This document shows positions 21,201-30,524 of a stretch of 33,982 bases of DNA, in pieces. The translations under genes and the position numbers were made by a program. The notes under the pieces were generated by a model that saw only the letters and a list, made by a program, of their open reading frames with translations, did no database searches and was not told the origin of the DNA. This DNA comes from Halocafeteria seosinensis (Eukaryota): assembly GCA_001687465.1 (NCBI GenBank), contig LVLI01000544.1:1-33982 (forward strand), read 5' to 3'. Position 1 is the stretch's first letter. Every line of letters starts with the position of its first letter.

Positions 21201-21515
21201 AGTCTATCTTCCTCTCGACCCAGTTTCACGCTGCATGCATCGATAGCAACTTGCCACGGGAACTACACGAGCAGTTTGCCTTCTTCGAAATCAACGGAAA
21301 ATGGCGAACTCCGAAGTTCCCCCAGCGACGCCAACGAGCGTAGTAATGCTGCAGAGGTGGATAAGGACCGTGCTGATATCATTATCGTAGCTCCCCTCTC
21401 ATCCCTGTTGTTGATTGCACTTGTGAGTTTGGTAGTGTTCCTACGCCGTCGCGCTAATGCGAACCAGCAAATAATTCTCCCGGAAGATATGGAGGTCAAG
21501 GTATACCCCGACTAA
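18282..21515 (+). CDS. Type I cell-surface protein: signal/anchor, capped GLUG-like beta-solenoid (~11 units), LamG/ConA-like domain, S/T stalk, single TM, short tail
   Basis: Hydrophobic stretch KLYLIGTFILLVNSINA. ~30-aa units IxxCxSxGxIxGxxAGGIxG. LamG-like GHALSFERGEYV, FTFAIWAYP, NEWTHVVVTR, IFLNG, VDQCIIWPRVLSEMEIQGLY. TM IIIVAPLSSLLLIALVSLVVFL followed by RRR. The ORF opens at 17802, but ATG 18282 fits the paralog better. Confidence 0.85.
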   Translation: MLTTDVAGHRRTFVKEEHRSSTIKASFSKLYLIGTFILLVNSINATDLRNSIQNEGESCFKYTPSKNLFELNCTLLDWQKANYGNHHHITLKANETFDGNDNEIDLASFNDFRGLFVVDDSGVSSLERAPLIRNVDVKNGETNTDGGFIVQSNQRFFIVDSCSSTGVIDLRGGGICGRRCGEDMGHILITGCQSTGKIKGRGAGGIAGHRIAEYWGSARIVDCHSIGDIEGGDAGGIVGGLVATIGATADIIDCSSTGKLLGIGVGGITGDHAAKDEGTVNISGCYSVGDIQGDDSGGIVGDSAGDRDGIVTIQQCLSEGVISGRQAGGITGTMAGGDTGDVEIQKCRSTGEITGHRAGGIAGALVGDNGNAEIRQCHSTGEITGSNAGGITGSWAGHDHGHTKLEQCYSLGNVDGADSGGICGWRTAEDGAKVEISDCYSRGMISGSHAGGICGDEVGKDDEFGGGELFITNSYASGSIAAGAGGLLGGIDPDAIVEVKYSVYNGGDLVGGGAGGSVDVDTDNSDNLKDIEGQLYLQGTTNQWLNDTWVVTGNNGLPILRFQFLTTSPSMSTTVSPVFSSSVSPTTSPTETYRNFRLGLPTPVRAYYDFNDDVDAFRDRAGHYHAINQGATLLEDQGTVGHALSFERGEYVDLEGALDVGTGSFTFAIWAYPTVNENNKWGIPAQHILRTAGNGRRTEVSFSTQGRRKIRFESKNQNGEAKMFSQGELPLNEWTHVVVTRKNRHVTIFLNGSEDHQSQVLSGAITASDGALSDQRGSKGDGMRKGFRVDQCIIWPRVLSEMEIQGLYNLRFQLLATPSPITTSTSGSRSPSVTPTETYTSSQSPTRSSTSSASVTTTSSLSPTSSLSGSWSPSVTPTGTPTSSKTPTRSGTISASVTTTSFSPPMSSLSGSTIPPVTPSTKVTGTNRLSFTASPFGGRDRSVTRTKTYTSSTSPTDSGTAVAIPSSSLADSRSLSSSRPSFTLHASIATCHGNYTSSLPSSKSTENGELRSSPSDANERSNAAEVDKDRADIIIVAPLSSLLLIALVSLVVFLRRRANANQQIILPEDMEVKVYPD
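20757..21040 (+). repeat. 126-nt (42-aa) tandem repeat in the S/T stalk; two full units and a partial third
   Basis: tcgggtagtaggagcccctccgtaactcctacag at 20757 matches tcgggtagttggagcccctccgtaactcctacag at 20883. A diverged third unit starts at 21009. Confidence 0.85.
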
Positions 21516-23429
21516 GGCCGTAGTTCAGTGACGTTACCGCTTTCCAAGTGCGATTGCGATGCTGAAGAACTGTCCAGAGGTCGAAGCAACCATTCAATTG
21601 GTGAGAGCAAAGTGGCGCCTCATCGGAGCAAAAGATGAATAGATTTGAGTACAAGGATCTAAGCTCGGTCTGGCGAAAGGTGTAACAGACCAACCAAAGG
21701 ACATATTTAAGACAATTCTAAATTTCGGTGTCCTGTGGAGGTTCTCAGAATAAATCGGAAACGAACGGTCTCCATGTGTAGAGGATTCTGAGAATTTCTG
21801 CATCCAACGGAATGGTAGTTCCTCAAATAGGGGCCTTAGATATACATATAGTTCTTCTTCAATAGATAAGGTACATATAGGTGGTGTACGTCTCAAATAG
21901 AGCAGAAAATGCGGTACAAAATTTGGTTGTACATAAACACAAAGCTATACGATTTTGCGTAGTGAATACTACCAACCAGAGGCGCGTCGCGACTCGCTGC
22001 TGTAGTCACTGGCACCTTGGTTAGGAGTGGTTGATAATGCGTTGAGTACTGGCAGCAATGTGGTCCGGAACGACATTGTGTTGTAGTGGAATATACAGCC
22101 GTATTACAGAGTATTGGAGTTTCATAGAATGTACTGTTAATCATCTATACCGGTTTGGCAAATATATTGCAATACCAGTGAAGTGCTTTCAAAGACACCA
22201 AAGTGAGCACGTCTTAAAGGAGAACCGTCATATCCGGTAGCCAAGGTGAGTGAGTGAGCGTTGCTTTTTCCGTTCTTAGCTTTTCATGGACTACCGTAAA
22301 CTTGGACCGGTGAATCGCAGCATCGAAAGCAGGGAGAGACACGGGCAGTACTGTACTCTGAAACCCACCCGGGGTATGTCACCACGCTCGGAACTAGGAG
22401 GAAGAGGCTGCAGAGGATGCGTGTCACTGGATGTTACCGTTAGCCGAGATACGAAGCCATCACTACAATATATATTGCTTCTTACGGAATCTAATCATGT
22501 CGACGCGTCAGCAGGTGTAGTGTAACTGAACGATAGAATCGAACAGACTTCTCATCGAATTAGGGTTTGCGAGTTCGAAGCAAATTCTCCAGTGAAAAGC
22601 CGCAAAAAAGCTCCAAAAAAAAAAGTAAAAGACTTCTGGAAAGTTGGGAGTAAGGACTTAACTCCTGAACTTGCCGTCCTACCCATCACTTTCAGCTTTC
22701 AGAAAAAAATCTCGGCTGTCCCTTCGAAAACTTACATGGAGTAGGTTTTGGTGCAACCCATCCTAGTGATTTCCGACATTGATCGCATCGGATTTGGTTG
22801 CGATCAAGCAAGCTTCCAGACTGGCCCAAGGTCTCCAGACAGGAATACATGGTATATGGAGCTGTACTGAAAATGCCGCCAAGCTTAAAGACATCCAAAA
22901 CTGGAACTGTTGAAATTGCTGTACCCGTGCTGCGCGTCTGCTGTGTAAAAACAGGCTGTATATATCTCTTGGTAGAATGTGGAGGAACATCGGATGCCGT
23001 AACGGCTCTTTATGAACGTCCTTCGTGGAATTGGAATCGAATTGAATATCGAAAATGCTTGTACGGACTTTATTCGGATCGCGCTGTAAATATTGGAAGA
23101 AGTCAGCTCATGAATGGAGAGTGCTTGAATCTCCATGCAGCCAGCGAGCAGCTGCCTGAGCTCCCAGCAATTTGAATTAAGGTGCATTCAGTACACGCAT
23201 AACACTAGTACTAGCACTACGGATGAGAGCTCAAAGTTGATGCGCAATCCTCGTTCGTTTGCGCTGGAACAGGTCAAGCGTGCTGAATAGTGTACTCGGA
23301 AAAAACCTACTGTCAGGTTCAATCGAACCTCCTTGGAAGTAATTCCGCACAAGAGACACTGGTCAAAAGCAAATGACGACATTCGCAGTAAGGTAAAGTG
23401 GAATCGGATTGTCGGACTCCTGGGAGATA

Positions 23430-26400
23430 ATGCCTCGATGTTCCCAATGGAAACACACCCTGCGTTTGGTTCTGCTGCTCATCGTCGTAGCGTACGTCAC
23501 TTCCACGGAACATGCGCTGGATAATGGCCACCTCAACTCCACGCCTTTCTCAACGGAAGATAGCAAATATGACGATACCGTCACTGGCGTGGACGCCAAT
23601 GGGAAAGGATCGATAGCTCTAGCTAGTCCGAGTCCCCTGCTGGAGGATAGTGGTCTCTACTTGAGTCCGAGTCCCTTTCTGGTCAATGACGACGTCACCC
23701 AGGTGGATGACGTGACATTAACTACAACGACTCTGAACGATGTCAACGTTAGTCCACTCCCTTTGCTCAAAGAAAATTTAATGAACGCGAGACCATCGGG
23801 GAATGAGGCCTCACTGGTCCCAAGTCCTTTGCTCGAAGGCAGTGTTGGTGCCATTCCTCATCTGAGTCCTCGGGCTGCACGGCAACGAAATTTGCTGGAC
23901 AGTTTGTTAAGTCCTAGCCCTCTCCTGGATGATACCCCCTTGAGCTCGAGCCCCTTGTTGGAATTGGATGTAAGCCCCAGTCCCTTATTAGATGGCATCT
24001 CCGTGAGCCCGAGCCCTCTACTAGATGAAATCACGCTGGTCAGTCCCCAGCCAAGTATGGATTTTAGTGCCAGTCCGGTTCTTGACGATGGCGTCTTGAG
24101 CCCAAGTCCTTTGGCGGGCGCTATTTCAAGCCTAACCGCTCCTCCAGCGGTTCGCTTGGGAACTACTTCTACGCCTACGACATCAGCCACGACCAGTGCG
24201 TCAAAGACGACGACGTCCACTCCGACACCCACTCCATCGCATGTGTTTTACAATTTGACGGGAAGCGACAGGGTCGTTTCTGCTTGCGGCGATAGGAATC
24301 CATTCAATTGCGTTACAGCGTTGTTTCGACAGTCTGAAGGCGTTACCTTTACTGGTGCTGATAACTCGTCGTCTTCGTCACCGTTTGCGGATTTGAGGGT
24401 TCAAAGTATTCATGGGGCACCAGTGGAAGTGGGGATACACTGCGACAAAGCGACTCCAGACAGTACTGAGAACGGAATCGTGTACTCTGGATGCCAAGGA
24501 GCCTACTCCGACTCAAGTTTGGACATAGAAATCCCAATATTTCAAAAGGCATTGCTGAGAGAAAATATATCGTGCAGTAATGCGAGTAGGGTAGAGCTGC
24601 CAACTTGCCGAGAACTGAAGTATGAATTGGAATGGTTCTTTCGGGAAAACGCCACAGCGCTCATCATATCCCAGCTTCCGTTATTGAGGCAGGAATCGTC
24701 TCAGCGCAGACAACTCCAAGAAATCCCCAGAGTACTCTTGCCAGTAGTGTTTCCTGTGGCCCTGGAAAATGAGCGAGTACTTTCTGTTACTCAACATGTA
24801 TGGATAGACGTGTCAGAGATTGCAGCGTCTGCGAGGTTGGACGTAGTAGTACAGCCGGACGCAATTTCTATTGATGAAGGACGCAACGGGTCGGGATTCA
24901 ATGCTTCCAATATTGTGGAGAGATCAGTTGTTCTTTCACTTGAGTCGAACCAATTATATACGTGGGCGGGAGGCACCGAATTAGAGGGAATTGTTGGTTT
25001 GCCACCTCCAGGAACATCGGGCAATTCCTCAGTTTCTTTTGAGCAAACCATCCGTTTCGATATTGAAGCGTCCCCTCATGGTGCCTTGGATTCCTATGTG
25101 GAAGTGGAAGTCGTAGATATCGATTTCGGGCTATCGAAACGTCTCAAGATCTCAGTCCTTCTAAGAGTCCGTGAAGGAGACATTAATATTGTTCCTACAG
25201 TACCCATCGAAGCACAGTTGAGTCGCGCGGACGCTCCGGACCAATTTCCTGTGCTTTTGCCCAACAGTGGCGATTACGCCGTCCAATGGAGAGCTAGACT
25301 CTTTGACGACGATGGCAGTGAAATCACAGCTACAGATTCTGCATCCGCCTTCTGGGTGCAAGTGACTGGGACTGGATCACTCCCCGTTAGCGGTGCCGTT
25401 TCTGCAGGCGAAGAACAGGAAGTTATTGTTACACTAGAAATGATCCCGAAGAATACGAACTCCTCGGGACAGCATAAGGCCTGGTTACTAGTAGAGACTG
25501 ATTCCCGGAATGGTGCTCCCTCCACAGAATTGCCTGGAACACCACCTGCGGTTGCTACCAGTCCCTGGTTTTCTGGCATGCGATATTGGTTGAGCTTAAA
25601 ATTATTAGTCACCTCAGTATTTGTCTGTCCAGAAATTCCGATCAGAACTGCTCTATTGCCTTTCCAAGAGCAAGTGTTGGAGTGGACAGTAGTCAATGTG
25701 GACAGTCAAGCGCTTTTTGTGTTACCTCGTGACTTTAGACTTCGCCTAGCGCCAGCAAGCATGAATCAAACTGGCAACACGACTACAGTATCTATCGGCT
25801 CTCCCGTGGTAAATAATGAGCGAATTTTCGGGAACTGGCTTGAGCTGTCTCCGGCCTCGGCCATCGTTGCCCCTGAAAGTAGACGAAGCTTCCGCGCCAC
25901 CATAAGATATTACACAGAGATGTTTAGTTTGCAAAGTCCCAAAATTAATTTCCGTGCTTTTGAGTTCGAGCCACTCTTCAGTTACTCTATGGCGATTCTT
26001 ACGAAGGAACAGTGGCTGCAGGGACTCGACTTTAAGGATTCTAGGGACACACGTGACCTATCTGTTCACACTTCCTTTCTTGGTGGGGCAGCAGACGAAC
26101 GTCAATCGTTCCTAGAGTCCAAAAGGCAGAGCGGATTCGTTAATGATCCTATCAAAATTGAAATAGTACTGGTGGATGCGCTCGGCAACAGCCCCGCCAA
26201 AGCAATGTTTTCAGACAGTCCTGCCGTTGACACTAGAAAGGGTCTACCTGTCCTTTCTGTGACGGTTACTTCACCGGAAACTGGCATTGATGACTCGACG
26301 CTGAGCGCTAAACTCCCTTTGGGGCTCACCAGCGGGAGGGAAGTGCGTTCATTTTCATTTTCTGTCGTCTTCGAAATCATTGGTCAAGCGAATGTAGACG

Positions 26401-28376
26401 TGAAATTGGGTAACACATCTATTGCCGGTTCGCCGCTTGCGCTGCAGACGAGAGTTGTCACATGTTCCAAGAATGAAGTACCAAGTTCCGACGGGTCTCG
26501 GTGCGTATGTAAAGCAGGATATTCACGCGAGAGTGAAGAAGTGAGCAACAAAGCAGACTGCTTGCCCTGTCCTGAGGGAAGGTTCCTGGCTCAACCGTCG
26601 AACGAAGAAACATGCGATGTTTGTCCCAACGAGCATTTCTCTCTTGCAGGGAGCGCCACGTGCATTCCTTGTCCCTCTGTCGGGTTTGAATGCGTACAGG
26701 GCAAACTGCGAATGCAAAATGGATACTGGTGCGAAGTATGCGCAAGTGGCCTTCACTTACTCCCATTCAATGTGAGTGTGCAGGAACATATCGTGAATCA
26801 AGCTCGACGTGGTCAAACTGTGGTGCTCCATGAATGCGAACCCGCTTCCGCATGTATGGTAAACAATACTCAATTCACCACTAGTTGCGCGGAGGCTCGA
26901 ACCGGTCCACTGTGTGATGAGTGCCAAACCGACTTTATCAAGGCTAAAGATCAATGCCTAGAATGTCGAAATACGGATCAAAACCGGATGCTTGTTGGGA
27001 TCTGGTTATCCGTTGCGATGACCATTATCGCCGGGCTCAATCTGTACGATTTTACCAAGAGCAAAGGTGGGGAGGAATTAGCACGACGTGGCACAGGCAA
27101 GCTCACTTCAGATGAGGAAACTAAACATTGGGTTTCAGAGGACCCGGTTGCTATACAGTCTGCGGATACGAAAGGAGAGATGGATGGTATCGCTTATCTG
27201 AAGCTTCTCGTCTTACTGACCATGGACTATTTTCAGATGACTTCGATAGTCGCCGAACTGGAATATTCACCGTTTACTGGGGAATCTGCCTGGTACAGAG
27301 AGGTATCTCGTCAGTTTCTGATGGATCCTGCGCGTCCTGACTCCTTTCGGTGTGTCTTGGGTTTCGGCTTTTTCGGACTATCCGTTGCTTCTTTGTTGCT
27401 TCCATGGCTGCTTCTGCTTCTGTCGCTGTGCGTGCAACTCGTGTTTCATATGATCAAGCAAGGTCATCGAGCAACATGCCGAGACACACTGGTGTCATCT
27501 CTGCGGCCTACCTCTGTTCTCCTGGGAATAATTCATGCGTCGGTATCGATGACTGTTGTTAACATATACAACATTTACCCGTATGAAATATTCGGAGAAT
27601 TCAGGTTGAGAGCGGATTTCGGCACTTCGACGAGCGATCCAGAGTATACTATCCTAGCTGGCCTGGGCGGCTTTACCTTGGCTGCATTTATCGTAGGGCT
27701 TCCTGTGTTCTTACTTGTGTATCTCAGCTGGCGCCATAGGACAGCAACAACCTATTTTCTAAGGAAAGACTTCTTGAGGATAATCGATGGACTCCGTGTC
27801 AGCAATCGTGGATATTTGTGGCCGGCTTTCCAAATCATTCGAAAGGTTGCCCTCCTACTACTGGTGTTTCTCTTAAGAAATCCTTCATATCAAGTAGTAC
27901 TTGTCACCGTCACGCTGATAGTCTCGTTGATGATTACTGTGATCGTAAAGCCATATAAACTCAACTCTCCTCTCAACAAGATGGAACTGTCTAAGTCGCT
28001 AGCTATCGGATCGACCGCCGGTTTAGGACTCGTTCGGCATTCGGTTCACGGGTCTAATCAGAAGCTTGGCGTCGATATCGCCGTGTTGCTATGTCAGTTG
28101 GGGATGCTGGTACTTTTGGTTTGGGCGTTCACTGTAGTATTTTTAGTGGCGTTTACGACCATAACTAACAAACTCACGCGGTTGAATTGTAAAGGCTGGT
28201 GCAACTGTGGACGGACTAAACGAGTTGAGCCTCAACTAATTGAAGTGGCGAGGCGCCGGAGGACGAGTCAGGAACCACATCGGCGTAAGAGTCAACCGAG
28301 CTTGGAGGGGACAAATTCCTGGAGCGGCATTGTTGTCCGAGGAGAAAATTGTACGTATCAGCCTGCTGCCCCGTGA
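23430..28376 (+). CDS. Large receptor-like multipass membrane protein (~1648 aa): signal peptide, SPSPLL repeats, S/T linker, beta-sandwich-like ectodomain, Cys-rich GCC2/GCC3 (ephrin-receptor-like) repeats, C-terminal multi-TM bundle
   Basis: Signal peptide LRLVLLLIVVAYVTS. Cys-rich CLPCPEGRF, CDVCPNEHFS, CIPCP, TGPLCDEC. IAGSP filamin/Ig-like end. DYFQM followed by many TM helices, including YLWPAFQIIRKVALL and KPY..LNKME. Intronless. Confidence 0.85.
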   Translation: MPRCSQWKHTLRLVLLLIVVAYVTSTEHALDNGHLNSTPFSTEDSKYDDTVTGVDANGKGSIALASPSPLLEDSGLYLSPSPFLVNDDVTQVDDVTLTTTTLNDVNVSPLPLLKENLMNARPSGNEASLVPSPLLEGSVGAIPHLSPRAARQRNLLDSLLSPSPLLDDTPLSSSPLLELDVSPSPLLDGISVSPSPLLDEITLVSPQPSMDFSASPVLDDGVLSPSPLAGAISSLTAPPAVRLGTTSTPTTSATTSASKTTTSTPTPTPSHVFYNLTGSDRVVSACGDRNPFNCVTALFRQSEGVTFTGADNSSSSSPFADLRVQSIHGAPVEVGIHCDKATPDSTENGIVYSGCQGAYSDSSLDIEIPIFQKALLRENISCSNASRVELPTCRELKYELEWFFRENATALIISQLPLLRQESSQRRQLQEIPRVLLPVVFPVALENERVLSVTQHVWIDVSEIAASARLDVVVQPDAISIDEGRNGSGFNASNIVERSVVLSLESNQLYTWAGGTELEGIVGLPPPGTSGNSSVSFEQTIRFDIEASPHGALDSYVEVEVVDIDFGLSKRLKISVLLRVREGDINIVPTVPIEAQLSRADAPDQFPVLLPNSGDYAVQWRARLFDDDGSEITATDSASAFWVQVTGTGSLPVSGAVSAGEEQEVIVTLEMIPKNTNSSGQHKAWLLVETDSRNGAPSTELPGTPPAVATSPWFSGMRYWLSLKLLVTSVFVCPEIPIRTALLPFQEQVLEWTVVNVDSQALFVLPRDFRLRLAPASMNQTGNTTTVSIGSPVVNNERIFGNWLELSPASAIVAPESRRSFRATIRYYTEMFSLQSPKINFRAFEFEPLFSYSMAILTKEQWLQGLDFKDSRDTRDLSVHTSFLGGAADERQSFLESKRQSGFVNDPIKIEIVLVDALGNSPAKAMFSDSPAVDTRKGLPVLSVTVTSPETGIDDSTLSAKLPLGLTSGREVRSFSFSVVFEIIGQANVDVKLGNTSIAGSPLALQTRVVTCSKNEVPSSDGSRCVCKAGYSRESEEVSNKADCLPCPEGRFLAQPSNEETCDVCPNEHFSLAGSATCIPCPSVGFECVQGKLRMQNGYWCEVCASGLHLLPFNVSVQEHIVNQARRGQTVVLHECEPASACMVNNTQFTTSCAEARTGPLCDECQTDFIKAKDQCLECRNTDQNRMLVGIWLSVAMTIIAGLNLYDFTKSKGGEELARRGTGKLTSDEETKHWVSEDPVAIQSADTKGEMDGIAYLKLLVLLTMDYFQMTSIVAELEYSPFTGESAWYREVSRQFLMDPARPDSFRCVLGFGFFGLSVASLLLPWLLLLLSLCVQLVFHMIKQGHRATCRDTLVSSLRPTSVLLGIIHASVSMTVVNIYNIYPYEIFGEFRLRADFGTSTSDPEYTILAGLGGFTLAAFIVGLPVFLLVYLSWRHRTATTYFLRKDFLRIIDGLRVSNRGYLWPAFQIIRKVALLLLVFLLRNPSYQVVLVTVTLIVSLMITVIVKPYKLNSPLNKMELSKSLAIGSTAGLGLVRHSVHGSNQKLGVDIAVLLCQLGMLVLLVWAFTVVFLVAFTTITNKLTRLNCKGWCNCGRTKRVEPQLIEVARRRRTSQEPHRRKSQPSLEGTNSWSGIVVRGENCTYQPAAP
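23621..24116 (+). repeat. Peptide repeat [VL]SPSPLL[DE], about 11 degenerate copies
   Basis: ASPSPLLE, LSPSPFL, VSPLPLL, VPSPLLE, LSPSPLLD, SSSPLLE, VSPSPLLD (x2), VSPQP, SASPVLD, LSPSPLA. Codons are diverged, so conservation is at the protein level. Confidence 0.85.
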
Positions 28377-29159
28377 GTCAGCCCTGAGACAAAGTGCAGA
28401 GCTTGTGGCGAGTAGAGGCGAGCGAAGATGAAATTTCCATTAATCGGAAGTTTAATGCTAGTCAGATATATGTAACGAGTGAATGGTATGATACAACCTA
28501 GCATAGGAAATACACTGGACGATACAGTTCCAGTTATAGCATGCACAGGTAGACGCATCAAACAAGAGACGATTGGAAATGTGTGGAAAGTTTCGGTCCC
28601 GACCTGACGTTCCATCCATTGATTACTGCAGGCGAATTCTTCGGAAAATGGATGTTCAGTGCCGCGGAAGTTGCTGGAATCCATAATCGAACGGTGCTCA
28701 CAAAGCCATTTGCTAACGTAGACAAAACAAAACCAGCATATGTTACATGGCAATAGCAATGAATACTTCTCAGCTTGCTTTGATACGTCTACATTGTACC
28801 TACTTACGACTCGACCTTGGTTTGAAACTTTGAATTCCTGGGCTGGAGGCCCGGGTCCCACACCTGCCAGCCAGGGACTCGCAGGAGCTGGCGGCGCCTG
28901 GCGCAGCCTGGCGGTCGCAAGAATCTTTGGGGCAGCTTAATTGACCCCATTGAAAGCACATGTCGTGTCGTTCAATGGCTTGATTGATAGAGACTACTAC
29001 ATGCCTTGCAGTCTCTCGGGAATCTTTGGTCAAGAGGGAGAGATCCCAGATTCCCCTTTTTTTTTTTTTTCGAGGAGTGTTCGGTCGCAAGTTGTGGGGA
29101 AAACATACATTTTTTACGCTTCATTGCCTTTTTTGTTTGTCAAGAGTAAGCCAGCCAGT

Positions 29160-30524
29160 ATGACGGAAGCTCAGAAATATCGAAACAAGGCGGCCCGGTG
29201 CCTGAACCAGGGGCAATTCCAGGAAGTCGTGGAATGGGCGGATAAAGCCCTCGAGGTCGATGGGGTCGAGCAGTACGAATCTGCGTTGGCGTTGCAAATG
29301 AAAGGACAGGCTTTACATTGTCTCAATCGTCAGGACGAGGCCATCCAGTGCTATGACAAAGCGATTGAAGTGAATCCCGAGTACGCCCCGGCTCTCCACA
29401 ACAAAGGGGAAACTTTGCGTGTCTTGAAGCGGAACGAGGAAGCGATTCAGTGTTACGACCGAGCACTCGAAATTAAGCCCGATTACGTTGACGTGTGGTA
29501 TCTCAAAGGTCTGGCGTTGAAGACCTTAAATCGAAACGAAGAAGCCATCGAGTGCTTTGATAAAACCCTTGAGCTGGATCCGAGCCACTCGAATGCATTT
29601 TACAACAAAGGCCGCGCTTGTTTCAATCTTAAAAGGAAAGAAGATGCGATTGCTTACTATGATAAGGCTTTGGAGCTGGACCCAAAACTATCCATGGCAT
29701 TCCACTACAAAGGACGTGCCCTCTCGAATCTGGGCAAGAAGGAAGAAGCTCTGGCGTGCTACATGTGTGCCACCGAAATCAACCCAAAGTTCGCCACGGC
29801 TTTCTATCGTAAGGGACTGATCCTTATTTCACTCGGAAGAGATCCGGAAGCACTGCAGGCGTTTCATCAGGCTATACAAAGCGATGCTTCTTTTGCGAAG
29901 GACATTCAACGGAACCTAAAGGAAGGATCCGTTGACGTCGAAGCATTGATGCACCAAGGCGATATTATGGAGAGTATCAGGAAGCATGATAAAGCGGCAG
30001 AGTATTATGACACCGCCGCGAAACTGGACAACTCAAACGTGACTATATTAATTAAGAAGGGGGTGGCGTTGTATTCATCCAGAGAATATAAAGCTTCTTT
30101 GAAATGCTATGAGGAGGCTCTCCTGCAAAATCCCGGAAACGTTGAGGCCTTAAACAATAAGGGAAATGTGCTGCAAAAGCTCGAGAAATATGAAGAAGCA
30201 AAGAGTTGCTACGATACGGCTTTGGCCCTCAGTTCTATGAAGGGTAATTCGTTTATGGACATTTGGAACAATCAAGGTAATACGCTATATCATCTTGGCC
30301 GAACGGAAGAAGCCATCAGATGTTATGATGAGTCACTGAAAGCGGATTCCGATCATCCCTACATTCTTTATAACAAAGGAAAAGTGCTTTACAATATGGG
30401 TTATGAAGACCCTGCGAATGAATGCTTTGAACGAGCGGTCCAACACAAACCTATGCTAGTTTATTATCCCTTCAACGCGGCGAGTGATGGTCAACTGTAT
30501 AACCTCAACCGGACGGGGGAGTAG
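29160..30524 (+). CDS. TPR-only protein, ~12 repeats, 454 aa
   Basis: 34-aa units such as APALHNKGETLRVLKRNEEAIQCYDRALEIKPDY. ATG 29160 is preferred because the upstream ORF extension crosses a T14 tract. Intronless. Confidence 0.9.
   Translation: MTEAQKYRNKAARCLNQGQFQEVVEWADKALEVDGVEQYESALALQMKGQALHCLNRQDEAIQCYDKAIEVNPEYAPALHNKGETLRVLKRNEEAIQCYDRALEIKPDYVDVWYLKGLALKTLNRNEEAIECFDKTLELDPSHSNAFYNKGRACFNLKRKEDAIAYYDKALELDPKLSMAFHYKGRALSNLGKKEEALACYMCATEINPKFATAFYRKGLILISLGRDPEALQAFHQAIQSDASFAKDIQRNLKEGSVDVEALMHQGDIMESIRKHDKAAEYYDTAAKLDNSNVTILIKKGVALYSSREYKASLKCYEEALLQNPGNVEALNNKGNVLQKLEKYEEAKSCYDTALALSSMKGNSFMDIWNNQGNTLYHLGRTEEAIRCYDESLKADSDHPYILYNKGKVLYNMGYEDPANECFERAVQHKPMLVYYPFNAASDGQLYNLNRTGE

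Noticed and set aside
15918..23195. Stop-codon reassignment as an explanation for interrupted frames
   Set aside because: All intact genes read through without internal stops and end in TAA, TAG or TGA, and at least one relic also needs frameshifts.
28941..29159. N-terminal extension of the TPR ORF
   Set aside because: It has a non-ATG start and runs through poly-T (FFFF); probably promoter or UTR.
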